Shown: positions 50,884 to 62,196 of the stretch, one piece after another | Position numbering within the stretch: position 1 is the first letter of the stretch | Layout: each line of letters starts with the position of its first letter | Translations under genes and position numbers: made by a program | NCBI GenBank assembly: GCA_030704615.1 | Contig: CM060733.1 | Span: forward strand, 51,708,001 to 51,772,000 | Direction of reading: 5' to 3' | Source of the DNA: Takakia lepidozioides | Lineage: Eukaryota; Plantae; Bryophyta | Length of the DNA stretch: 64,000 bases | Notes under the pieces: generated by a model | What the model saw: only the letters and a program-made list of their open reading frames with translations | Told to the model about the DNA's origin: nothing | Databases searched by the model: none

Positions 50884-51505
50884 TGGATCAAACGAGTTTC
50901 TTTGTACTGTAATTATTGCACTGGAATAGGCAACCTAATCTCATTTGAACTGGCCCTTTTAAGGTGAATGTTGCGTCTCCCACTGGTGCAAGTGAGGCTG
51001 TGAAGAGGCTCAGAGGTTATTTTATGACTTGTTTGGAGGACCATTCCCACACTGGTGCCTCACAATTGTAGGCTGGAAATTCATTCAAGAATGTGCGTGT
51101 TAGAGACAGGGCTGTGTCACAATGTACAGATTATCTGTGAAATCTAGGCTTCTCTTTGTAGGGTTCATATTTGTAGCAATGCTATTAGTATGAGGCCTGT
51201 CTATGCCTGTATTGCCAAAGTCACATGGATATTGGTCAGAGTACATGCAGGGCAAAGCTATTGGGTTGCACGAAAAAAAATATTATGTGGCTGGTACATG
51301 TTAATAATATAGCAGTGAAATTTGGTGCAGGTGGGTTTCAAGCTTCAGAGCAACCGAGTCCTGTTCCGCAACATGCAGAAACATACTTATCAAACTGGAG
51401 TGGGCTTGGGACAACCAACTACTTTCGCTCATCCCCTAGTCAACATGTATGCCTCCACTAGCCTTGGTGTTCCTCAGTCCATGGGGACTGGAGTTCTCAT
51501 TCCCC
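50884..51505 (+). pseudogene. Duplicate of NAF1 intron end plus 5' part of the last exon (copy of about 47187-47823), frameshifted
   Basis: Near-identical ggatcaaa..tttggtgcaggtgggtttcaagc..ggggactggagtt, with an indel near 51380. Confidence 0.85.
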
Positions 51506-51939
51506 GTACGGTCAAAGCATGTGAGCATACGCATACTCACATGCATAGTTGATGTCCTATTTGAATATAGAGGCAACTTGCCTTAGTGGGAGCAACATAC
51601 TAGAGTCAAGCAAGTGAGGGTTCAACACAAAGATGACCTGCTTGACATTCCGCATATGCCTGAAACACGGGGAACCAAGTGGTCAAAAAATAGCACTACA
51701 ATGATTTTTGACTCTTCCAAAATTTACCAGTGCCATGCTTGTAAGCCACAGCTGGTATGAGGATGGCACTATGAGAAAGGTCAAACATGTTCTACAAGGA
51801 TCTGCACTGTTATGATCCCTTTTCTGCCAGACATTCCAATAATCCCAGGGTGATGATTATCATGTTTAGAATTGGACAGTCACATTTTGAAGAGTGACAA
51901 TTTCAGGTGATATGTGTTGAGCCTTCACAGAGGGGGGTC

Positions 51940-53557
51940 TTAGGCATTTCCTTTACACCTTGGAAGACTCGAAACAGAAGGTTGCAGTGATGGTAGCAGA
52001 GCAACGGCCTCCCCACCAAGCAGAGGTTGAGTCTCTCCCGTTTTGTAACAATGTGTTGCAAAAGTGACCCTGCTAATCCAAGCAATTGTCAGAGGTCTCA
52101 GAGCTCAGTCAACGACACAGTGAATCTCTCAGACATACAGCTGCATGTAATGTACTAGTACAGACAAACATCCTGTCACATGCAGAGCGAGCATTCATAC
52201 TGCTAGTTTGATGACTCACCTGCTCACTGCTCACTGCACCTTAATTACTGCATGTGCTAACTAGAGTGGGACTTAGACCTCGGACGTGGAGTGCCAGTCC
52301 CTGGGACGGCCATACAGCAATCCATTGATAATCTTAGAAACCAACCTGGTGGGTGGAGTCATATCCTGGAGACTCTTAAGAATACCAAGATGTAGCATCT
52401 GCTGTGTGCCCATGCACTGTAGTACAACTCAAAAGAAAAAACTATCCACAACTTGGAATCTGATTTACTTCATGTACATCAGTTCCATGTAACATCCATA
52501 TATTTCACACCAGATATGGAGAGTACATCTGGGTGTGTTTTTGTGTGCAAGAGAGAGTAGAAACCTGTATTGTTGCCTGATTTTTCGTATGCTGGTCACC
52601 TCCGCTTCAGCACACACAGGCTCCCCAACTAAGACCGGCGCCCTGAACTGCAAAGTTTGAGACACATATACTGCTCCTGCCTAACCATCAACCCACAATT
52701 TATCTTGCCATATCAGGATGAGGGTCTCCATAGCTGTCCATGCACACTCAACATACGTGTAGTTCAGCTTCACAAAGGTTTACACCACCCTCATCAAAGC
52801 TATGTGATTAGTCATAGCTCATGAGCACAACAACCCCAACCCAACAACCCCCCCTTCCCTCTCCCATTTTCAAACGTCCTCTCCTCCGTGCTCAACTTAC
52901 AAAGCGGGAACCAATGATTGCTGGGAAAAGCCCTGCATACAACACGCCGTGCACGACACAACCCTTGAAGCCGGCACTGCGTGCGGCGGATTCACTAGTG
53001 TGGATGGGGTTGGCGTCCCCACACAGTTGTGCATATGCGGCCACATCAGCTGTAGTGAAACAGCGCTCCATCTGAAATTTGTCTCCTTCAATCACAGCAG
53101 CAATTTCGGCTCCTCCATGTTCAGATGCCATCACATCTCCAGATCTGCGTCTCGATGCAAAGAACTTGCTTCCTGCAGTTTAGGTGAGGACAGCTTCTGT
53201 TTGGAACTAATATCCGTTTCAGCTCAAAGCTTAGCAACACATCGGAGCTACAGAAACATTTCCGCAAAGCTTTGAGAGGTAAGCAAACCGCATTTTGAAC
53301 CTAAAACCTCAACCACATAATCACACACAAGAGAGAAACAAGAGGACAAAGAGAGGACCAACCAACGGAAGAAAAATAAACAAGAGCCTTCCGATCAGAA
53401 AAGCTACGGATCTCAGCCATGGACAAGTCTAAAATTAAATCAGAGCTCGCAACTGCGCAGGTAGACCAAGCCTTGCGACCAGGGAAGTAGCAAAACCAGA
53501 AACACCTTGACAGGCGAAGGTCCATCTCGCTGGAAGCATTCCTGGTGCATCAGCCAT
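51940..53557 (-). CDS. MaoC/hotdog-fold (R)-hydroxyacyl dehydratase (mitochondrial 3-hydroxyacyl-ACP dehydratase-like), 4 exons
   Basis: RCFTTADVAAYAQLCGDANPIH..GFKGCVVHG..GAVYVSQTLQFRAPV..VTFATHC..GEAVALLP. Exons about 53557-53506, 53172-52901, 52680-52565, 52069-51940, with consistent phases. Confidence 0.88.
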
Positions 53558-54628
53558 GGCCAAGCATTGTGCTGCCGTAATCCCTAGCTTCACCCACCTC
53601 TCTACACAACCCATCTGCTATCTGTCTAACTACATGGTTTCGTGGACCATGAATTATCCGATATCTTTTGCACAGATCATGCTCTGTTCCACCTACTTAT
53701 ACCCCGGCGCGAACTTCCCGAGCAATCAGGTCAGCCGCTTCCTGCTCAGGTACTTCCGTATCTGCTTAGAATTCGGTTACTCCTTTGACGCCAAGTAACT
53801 TCGTCCTGCTGGCTGGGAGGAGGACGAAGTTAACTGGCGACATAGGAAAAACCGTACTCAATCACCAACCATGCCCATGAGATATTCTTAGCAGGACGTT
53901 CATGCAGAGCTTGCATAAAGGGGTGGAGTTACTTAAGTAGGCAAGATGGGGCACCAACTTGTACAAACGATATGGGATAAATGATTCATACACCAACTCG
54001 TTGGCATGTCGCCGGATCGTCCCTTTTTGGAGCCGCCAAGAGAAAAAGAAGAAAGGAAACACCGACCGCAAGTATTACCCGATCATGGCCGAGCGTTTGT
54101 GCGTAAGAGCTCGACATCCAAATATAGTCTGTGGTCCAGAGTACAGGTACACTCCTGCCTGCTGGTCTCGACAACACAGAAGTATTCGTTAATTTATCTA
54201 TCAGCAAACCCATGTATGTAGTAGAGCAATTGCAGTGAGGGAGATGCTTTTGAAGGTCCCTTCTTAATGAACTGCTCTGCGTTCGTGGGATAGCACAGGA
54301 AAGTAAAGGGGCAGTTTGGTATGCTGAGGGTGTATAAGTAGGCAGGATGACGCCAAACTGTGCAAACGATATGGGATAAATGGTTACTACGACATAGATG
54401 GAAACAATAGGGTAGTGGCGGCGTTGAGAGGAAGGAAGGGGTCTATGAGCTTATCGCTGCTGCAAAGGCGCAGAGCAGAGCAGAGAAGGGAGGGTGGGAG
54501 GGAGAGAGAGAGAGAGAGAGAGAGGGAGGAGATGGGGTTGGGAGAGGGAGAGGGAGGGTGAGGTGCAGGTCATGGAAGCATTGAGGGTTGTTGTGTAGCT
54601 TGTGGTGGGAGGTGATTGACAGACAGCA

Positions 54629-56119
54629 ATGTGGTCCTCTGTCTGGCTGCACCATGGATGTTGCAATGCAGTGGACGGCATGTCGAGGAGTGTAGGGTTG
54701 GCGTCGTCGGCCATTGACATTGCAACGTTGTCTCCCTTGTCTCCCTCGGCTTCTCTGTGTAGTAACCGTTTGGTGCTTTCGGCATGCGGTAGTACTCTTC
54801 CGCCCTTCCCAGTGGTTTTAGCGCGTTCGTCCTACTTGAGATTTTCTTCATTTTGTGCATCTGCTGTAGTTGGTGCCACCGGACCACCAAGTGCTTTGTT
54901 GGGTTCTTCAAGTTGCGCGTATACACCTGCCAGCAAAAGAGGTGGGAGGAAAGATCAGAGATGGCACACAGTAGTCAATGAACAGCATTGCCAGAGATGG
55001 CCTCCAAGAGCAGGAAAGGACAGAGTGTTGCGCAGAAGAGGGAATCGGTGGTTAGCAAGCGAATTGGAGCAGGGGAGATTAGGGGGTAAGGCTGGAGAGG
55101 GGTTGGAAAGATTACGGGCTGGACCGTCATTACAAATTTCCTGCCATGAAACAGGGGGGAGCCTCCAAAGAAATGGGAAACGAGGGAAGTGGCTGAAAAG
55201 GTTAGGGCATGGCAGGTTGAGAGAAGGCTCTGGGAGTCAATGCAGAGTTGTTCCCCGAGCGGTATTGCAATGGAACAGGCGGCCAGAACTGGTGGGTGAG
55301 CCCCCAAGAGTGGTGGTGGTTACGTCGGGAAAGGGAGGGGTGGGAAAGACAACCACAACTGCAAACCTTGGCATGTGCTTGGCTCGTTTGAACTTCAAAG
55401 TGGTGGCTATCGATGCAGATGTCGGGTTGAGGAATCTTGATCTGCTGCTTGGTCTTGAGAATCGTGTGAACTACACAGCTATGGAGGTCCTCAACGGAGA
55501 GTGCCGACTCGACCAGGCGCTCATCAGGGACAAACGATGGACAAATTTCGAGCTTCTGTGCATCAATAAACCGCGCTACAAGATGCCACTCGGTTTCGGG
55601 GGAAAGGCACTCACGTGGCTGGTTGATGCACTAAAAAAGAGGCCGGAAGGGACACCGCATTTCATTCTCATAGATTGTCCCGCAGGGATTGATGCTGGCT
55701 TCATCACCGCCATCACCCCAGCAAATGAGGCAATTCTGGTGACTACTCCCGATATCACGAGCCTAAGGGATGCAGATAGAGTCACGGGCCTTCTGGAATG
55801 TGACGGTATTAAAGACATAAAGATGGTGGTGAACAGAGTGAGGAGTGATATGATCAAGGGTGAGGACATGATGTCTGTGTTAGATGTGCAAGAAATGCTG
55901 GGTCTTCCATTACTCGGTGTTATCCCTGAAGACTCGGAGGTGATCAAGAGTACAAATAGGGGTTATCCTCTGGTGTTAAAGAACCCCCCCACACTGGCAG
56001 GGCTGGCATTGGAGCAGGTTGCCTGGAGATTGGTGGAGCGAGATAGTATGAAAGCAGTCTTGATTGAGGAAACCCCGGCAAAGCGAAGCTTTTTGCCATT
56101 TATGGGGGGTGGGGGCTGA
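54629..56119 (+). CDS. MinD: Plastid division site determinant MinD (nuclear-encoded); start uncertain
   Basis: LQWNRRPELVGEPPRVVVVTSGKGGVGKTT, DADVGLRNLDLLLGLE, IDCPAGIDAGF; Ser-rich transit-peptide-like N-terminus. Confidence 0.95.
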   Translation: MWSSVWLHHGCCNAVDGMSRSVGLASSAIDIATLSPLSPSASLCSNRLVLSACGSTLPPFPVVLARSSYLRFSSFCASAVVGATGPPSALLGSSSCAYTPASKRGGRKDQRWHTVVNEQHCQRWPPRAGKDRVLRRRGNRWLASELEQGRLGGKAGEGLERLRAGPSLQISCHETGGSLQRNGKRGKWLKRLGHGRLREGSGSQCRVVPRAVLQWNRRPELVGEPPRVVVVTSGKGGVGKTTTTANLGMCLARLNFKVVAIDADVGLRNLDLLLGLENRVNYTAMEVLNGECRLDQALIRDKRWTNFELLCINKPRYKMPLGFGGKALTWLVDALKKRPEGTPHFILIDCPAGIDAGFITAITPANEAILVTTPDITSLRDADRVTGLLECDGIKDIKMVVNRVRSDMIKGEDMMSVLDVQEMLGLPLLGVIPEDSEVIKSTNRGYPLVLKNPPTLAGLALEQVAWRLVERDSMKAVLIEETPAKRSFLPFMGGGG

Positions 56120-57230
56120 TGTGTGGCATGTTCTGCTCTGGACAGTGGTCAGGTGAGCAGGACTTCCTTGACAAGTAGATTTGATCACTCGGGAGATGTT
56201 GTGGGATTGAGTAAGTTCTATGAAATGACCTGTATGCGAAGTACCAGGAGACTCCTGGCTCTTGTAGAGTGTTTGCTACATTGAAGCTAAGTTCCATCGT
56301 GTTCTCAAGGAAAATTGAAATGAAGACATTTCTTTCAGCGGATCTCAGTGTCTCTGCCACCATGAAGGTCTGTAGAAGTTGCTTTACCACCCAAGTCAGA
56401 TGACTTGGACTGAGGTCACTGGGAAACAATGTTTTGTTTGCAAGTTTTTCAGAAATTACGTCAAACTTTGTATGCCACTTTGCATTGGAGACAATAAGCA
56501 TTGGAGTGAGGGCCTGTCTTTCTCATACGTTTCATTTTCTGGCATGATCATGTTCACAATCCAGAGACTGACCGAGGAAGACAGTCCCTCAATGATTTGC
56601 AAAACTACTCTGCTTCATTCCAACTTTTCCTGGCTTGTAGCTTATGTGCCTACATAATTTTCAAAGGGAAACGTGGAAGCTACAGCTCACAATTCAATCA
56701 GGCCCTTTCTTTAGGGGCAGAAGGTAACCCCCTTTTATTTAGGAGCCACCAGGATAACTGAACCCAAACGAGGAGGTGGACAAACCAACAGGCCCCAGAT
56801 CCATCAATGCTCCACATAGATGCCCAACCTCTCACTCCTCCATGCATGGATCCACTCTGAGTATTTGATTCCGCTTATGTTTCTTGTTTTGTTTTCTTGA
56901 TGGAGGATTTCGGATGGCTAGGGTTAGATCTGAAGGCCAACAAAACCACAGGGGATTGAACCCCAGACCCACATGCCGTTGATCTCAAATATACCAAAAC
57001 CACTGCAGTGATGTTTTTGTGTAAATCATCCACATTAGTACTAAGGGCTTGGCATTTAGTTGCTCTGCAAAGCTCCTGGTGAGGATGAGGAGTGAACTAT
57101 GTCCAAGAAAAGGTAATGGATTCAAGTGGTATAAAAAGTGTGAGATCTAGTTGTCATTACCATCTCAGCTTCTCATTCACATATTTATTTGTAGACATTG
57201 GCTCAATATATGCACCAAGAACAAGTACGC

Positions 57231-57640
57231 AGTCTCTGCACCCCATGATTTGCTTGATTGCAATTTTGAAGGCCATAGTTTTATTCCGCTGGTACCAGTG
57301 AAGGCATTGTGTAGAAGAGTAGTCCAAACAATTGATTAAAGTCTTATTTCTACAAGACTACTCTGTTCAGTGAGTCACACTAACTCTGGTTCACAATAAG
57401 AGTAGCTTATTCCTCTGAATCCAAGCATCCGAATATCGCAACAGAATGTTTTGCTACTTGGCTTCCGACACTGCACATGTGCTCTGGCATGTTTTTGATG
57501 AATTGCAGATGTCTCTGCTAGAGTAGAATGGCATGCTACTCTTCATGCGTTTACAAGGTCATTGCTGCAACCAAGGTCGCATGCCAGGTCTCTCTTATTT
57601 GATCAGACAACTAGTCATCACATAAGCTTCAAATTTGTTA
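57231..57640. repeat. About 410-bp direct duplication (57231-57640 / 63189-63601) downstream of the Dof-like copies
   Basis: Both run agtctctgcacccc..gattgcaattttgaaggccata..cacataagcttcaaatttgtt. Confidence 0.9.
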
Positions 57641-58932
57641 CTCGCCTACCACACATCCCGTCTCAATTAATACATGTAATGCTTCTACTTGTCCATTTAC
57701 TAACACAGAAGCACACATGGATGCCATTCTTAAGCCACAAGACAGGGCGAGTGACTCGAGTAACTCGCTGCATTGCAAGAGTTCACAGTTTGGAGACTGC
57801 AGATTGGAGATACATTTAGTGAAGAGCCAGTGTGAAAACAAGTTTTTGCTATATGGCCAAGGAACAAAAGAACAATTGAGCTGTTTTCGACTTGAAAGCT
57901 TAGGTTGGTCTAGGGTTGCGTTTATAGACTCATGATGGGCATGCATAGATCTTTTGCAGGATGGGATCCAAGCTACAGGTTCAGTTGGGAACCCAGCTGA
58001 TCAATTCCTACTCACGGGAACTGTCTTGACATTATCTCATCTGGACCAGCCAAGAAAAGGACAAGTAGCTGAAAGCACTAACATGATTCCACACAGGTTA
58101 TGTCTGTGTGATGGAGTGCCCTACCAAAACACCTTGCGACCACCTTTACACATTAGTGACCTTACTTCAGATTTAACGTCCTTTCAGCAATTTTCTTTTT
58201 CTCTTGAACATTTCTTATCAATTGTCGTCCAAAGAATGGGAGTTCCATGGAACTCTGAGAAGTGATGCTGAAACGTTCTTATACACTTTGAGGGATTAGT
58301 GTTCCCCAAGAGTTGTTGTGAGTATTCATTCAACTTCAAATTCATGCAGGTTTTGCTGTGAGTGTGTGATTTGAGCCTTGCCATTGGGTCCCAGGCCCTG
58401 TGTCCTACATGTGGTAGCCCAGTTACAGGTAGGCAACTACTAAGATTTCCAGAGTCTAGGTAAATGTTGTCAAACACTTATGGGGGGTAAATCATGGAGG
58501 GAGGTCATGGAAATGTAATTGAGGAACTAATTCACAAGAGACCATGGGCCCCTTGAGGCGCAGAGCTTCAAAGTTTAAGCAACAATTGACAAACACCCCA
58601 AATGAAGAAAAATCTGTGAGGTTCTGAGAGGACCTCAAGTAAATTATATACAAATCTGCCAGTACACTTAAGTGCTCAGTGCGTGCCCAACACTTGCAGG
58701 TGCTGAAATTTAGCCAGTTCATGCAAACAATAGCATGGCTTAAAATTGAATTCAAGAAGCAGGGCAAAATGCTCCATTAATTATCCTCACTACAATGTAC
58801 ACCAAAAATATGTCACAAATATGTACACCCTGAAGCAGTTGAGTGCAGTGAACCCTTCTCTTGCACAAAACTTTGGCCTCTGTCCAGATCCCCCTATCCA
58901 AGCCCCATGAAGTTTTTTGGATCTCCTCCAAA

Positions 58933-59769
58933 TCAATAGCTTTTTGTGGACATAGAGTTTTCCTCATAAAGGTGTGTACGTTGCGAGACCTCCCTATCCA
59001 AGCGCTGTAGAGTGTTTTGGAGCTGCTCCAGATTCACCATCTTTTGTTGGATAGAGATTTCCCCCCCGGAAGGTGTGTACATCACGAGACCTTCTCGCAA
59101 CAACCGCATGTAGCGGTCAACTGTATCCATGGCGCTCAACGTATGAGGGCTAGAAACCTGGTGTGCAGCAGCAGCTGGTATGGCATCCGCAAGCATAAAA
59201 TTACGTCGTTTTCGCAACTTACCTCCAAGCGTGAAGGTAAAATGGGGGCCGCAGGATCCGCTCTGACAAACGCAGCGAGGTTGACCCTTCGCTAGCCCAT
59301 TGTTCCAGTAGAGAAATTTGATGTTCTCCGACAGACACAGAGGACATCTTTTGTCCCCCTGGTAATCCATGAGCGCCAGGCCGCCGTCTCCTCCTTTATT
59401 ACGCTTTCTAGAGCGTACAACACCAAGCAATTGGGAGGATGAATCGAGCTCCAGCTCTGGCCACGCCTCTCCCTGTGTACGCTTTCTAGAGCCTACAACA
59501 CCAAACAATTGGGAGGATGAATCGAACTCTACCTCTGGCCACGCCTCTCCCTGAACAACACCAAGCAATTGGGAGGATGAATCGAGCTCTACCTCTGGCC
59601 ACGCCTCTCCCTGAACAACACCAAGCAATTGGGAGGATGAATCGAGCTCTAGCTCTGGCCCTGCCTCTCCCTGAACAACACCAAGCAATTGGGAGGATGA
59701 ATCGAGCTCTGGCTCAGGCTCTAGCTCAGGCCACAACATGAGATCTCCAGCGAGTGCAGTAAAGTCCAT
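58933..59769 (-). CDS. Divergent Dof-like zinc-finger protein with N-terminal tandem repeats, intronless, 278 aa
   Basis: CPLCLSENIKFLYWNNGLAKGQPRCVCQSGSC..TLGGKLR aligns with the Dof consensus CPRCxSxxTKFCYYNNY....QPRxFCxxC..WTxGGxLR. Confidence 0.7.
   Translation of the reverse strand: MDFTALAGDLMLWPELEPEPELDSSSQLLGVVQGEAGPELELDSSSQLLGVVQGEAWPEVELDSSSQLLGVVQGEAWPEVEFDSSSQLFGVVGSRKRTQGEAWPELELDSSSQLLGVVRSRKRNKGGDGGLALMDYQGDKRCPLCLSENIKFLYWNNGLAKGQPRCVCQSGSCGPHFTFTLGGKLRKRRNFMLADAIPAAAAHQVSSPHTLSAMDTVDRYMRLLREGLVMYTPSGGEISIQQKMVNLEQLQNTLQRLDREVSQRTHLYEENSMSTKSY
59401..59735 (-). repeat. In-frame coding minisatellite: 5 units (60/60/60/78-bp spacing), ELELDSSSQLLGVVQGEAWP
   Basis: The acaacacc..caattgggaggatgaatcga core recurs at 59417, 59495, 59555, 59615 and 59675. 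Confidence 0.95.
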
Positions 59770-61699
59770 TGCAAAGGAACGCAGACAGACAAGGCGAGGT
59801 ACTTACACAGCAGAATCACGACGAGAGCCCCGCAGCTGTGCCTCACCCACAATGCCATGCAAACCACCGACACCAAAAGCTTGTAGTGGAAACCTCTATT
59901 TTGCACGAATGTCATCCAAAGAGCCCCACATCCCATCCGATTTGCACGAATGTCATCCAAAGTTGCGTGAGCCCGCATTTAAGGGACAGCTATTATGGGA
60001 CATGCCAGCGCCAATTGGTCAATCATTTATCCCATATCGTTTGCAGTTTGCACAACGCCCCCTCCCCTATAAATGGGCACTTAGACAACAGTAGACGCCC
60101 AGTTGACTTGTCGCCCCATTTCTGTGGCAGGGAAGCTGTTCAAGGCAAGTGGGGAGGCACTTGCCCACTTTTTTGTGGTCGTGTCCATTCAGAATGCACA
60201 CTGAATGCATACAAATGTAATGCAATGCAAATGCTCATCCCCATGCAGGACTGACAGGAAGGCAAATGCGGGACCGACCGACATGGAGTGACTCACCAAC
60301 TTGCAAAGTCCTGCTGAAGCCATGCTTTAGGGGTTAATTTAAATCTGCAAAGTGAAGTCCAGCAACCGATCCTCATATACAAAAGCCTTTCCAATCCCTT
60401 GTGATCAGACAATTTTCCCGTTCACACATTTCTATCAAGAACAGATTTCACATTCCTCTTTGAAACATGGTTCACTTCTCCACTTCTACAGGATTCCCAG
60501 TCTCTCTCTGGATTTATGCAACTGACCGCCCTTCATACAAAAATTGACACAGCTACGACTGCACTTTGGAGACAAAGTGGTCCTCTCCCTCTCCTTCTCA
60601 CTCTCGCTGCCAACATCTTGTTATGGTGCCTCTCTTTCTTAAGGCGCCCTTGGCTCTTCCCACTTGCAGTTTGCCGAACTTTGGACCAAATGCGAGCCAC
60701 TGCCTGCCTGTGAACTCCCGTGTCACTTTCTGGCCCCAACGCAGGTTTCTAGTGTGTGCATACGCATGAAGGCTGTTTCGACTGTACCATTGCCTTTGGA
60801 AAATTCTCATGGGCTCACCTCATATCTCGTAAAGCATTTTCTAACTTTTAGACTGACGATTGGTTTCACTCTAGGGCACGAAGTGGTGCTTGGATTGAGA
60901 CTAGTGACTGTTCTCGTTCTTGTTTCACGTACCGCGTAAAGTAAGGCTTACATCATATGATCAAATTCTGCTGCTTGTAGTTCTTTCAAACTTTAGAGAG
61001 CACAATGTCAGCAAGGCATTCTAATTTTTTTGGTTGGGCTGACAAGCAGATTTTGGACCAGATATCTAGGTCTCTCTGTCCAATCTAGAGAGGCTCTTGT
61101 TCATTGTATAATCCTTTAAAAGTTATGATTGGTGTGATGGCCGTATGAATTTCTGCCTCAGCTTTATGATAATAGAAAAGTCAAGGGATTCAGTATAACA
61201 GCTTCTCTAAGCATGCTTTTGTTTTCCAAAGAGGGAAGGGAGAATGTGTATTTTTGGTTAGGTCATGCCGATGCTTACTGTGGGATGGTAGGTATCCATC
61301 TGACGGTCTCATCTCTGTACCTGTAGGTGCAGTGTTTACACTGGATTGTGATCTCCCTCATTTATGCCGTCGGGCTGGACAGGCATTGCTTCCTCATTTA
61401 CCAAGAAAGCATCAGGAGCTTAGGAGGTAATCTTGCCCTCCTATCCCCTCCCTCTCTCCTAGCCTCTCAAGCGTGTTTCTCCTGCATTCTCTTTTGCTCT
61501 CTCGACTGACCTCCTGTCTAACATTCCCCATAATTCACGTGTTCTGGTTTAAATTCTAAGTTTACCCATCACATCAACTCATCCTTGCAGCAAGGGTTGC
61601 TGTAGGTAGTTGAAAGAGCCACCATACGGGTACCTTCATTTACTATGATGTTGTAATCCAGACATTTCTCAGACTTTCCTCCATTCCAGCTAGAAATCA

Positions 61700-62196
61700 G
61701 AGAGGAAACGTGAGTCCAAGGGCTTCAGCGGAGGACGGAGAAGCCCAAAGTTTTGGTGGCGCATTCTGGCCCTTGAGTGAGACTTGGATGTATGCAGAGA
61801 CTGCATACAGTCTGCACTCCTTTATTGAAGAATATGAGTTCTGTACATACCCTATTCTGATTCTTATCGGTTCCTTACCCGGATGCTTCTTGCTTGCATG
61901 TTTCTTCGCTGCATATCTTGGTGTGGTGCGCAATAATTGGTGGCCTCATTTCCTCCGATTCCATGTTGTAACCGGCATGTTGCTGGAGACCATTGTTCAG
62001 GTGATTGGGACGGTGAATGACTGGGTGCCACAGGCAGTTTACTGGGGAACATTCAGGGCACACTGCTGACTAGCAATCACATTTGCGTTTCCTTCCATAG
62101 TGCTGGATTGCATTAGGTGCCCGCGCATTAAATGGCATGTATGCTGATGTGCCCTTTTTGTCAGATGCATCCTACATGCAGATCCCGTATGAGTGA
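61700..62196 (+). pseudogene. TIC20: Tic20-I (chloroplast inner-envelope translocon) pseudogene
   Basis: KPK.WWRILA / PLSETWMYAETAY / AYLGVVR / HFLRFHVV.GMLLE / GMYADVPF..DA.Y.QIPYE*. Has a deletion-frameshift near 61770, an in-frame TGA at 62067 and a second frameshift near 62125. Confidence 0.85.

Noticed and set aside
59401-59735. 60-bp periodic repeat as CRISPR-like
   Set aside because: Entire units repeat with no variable spacers, and they are in frame within a coding ORF.
34291-62196. Functional cluster of plastid genes (CAS-like, MinD, Tic20)
   Set aside because: Interspersed with unrelated genes, Tic20 is dead, and plastid-targeted genes are common enough to co-occur by chance.
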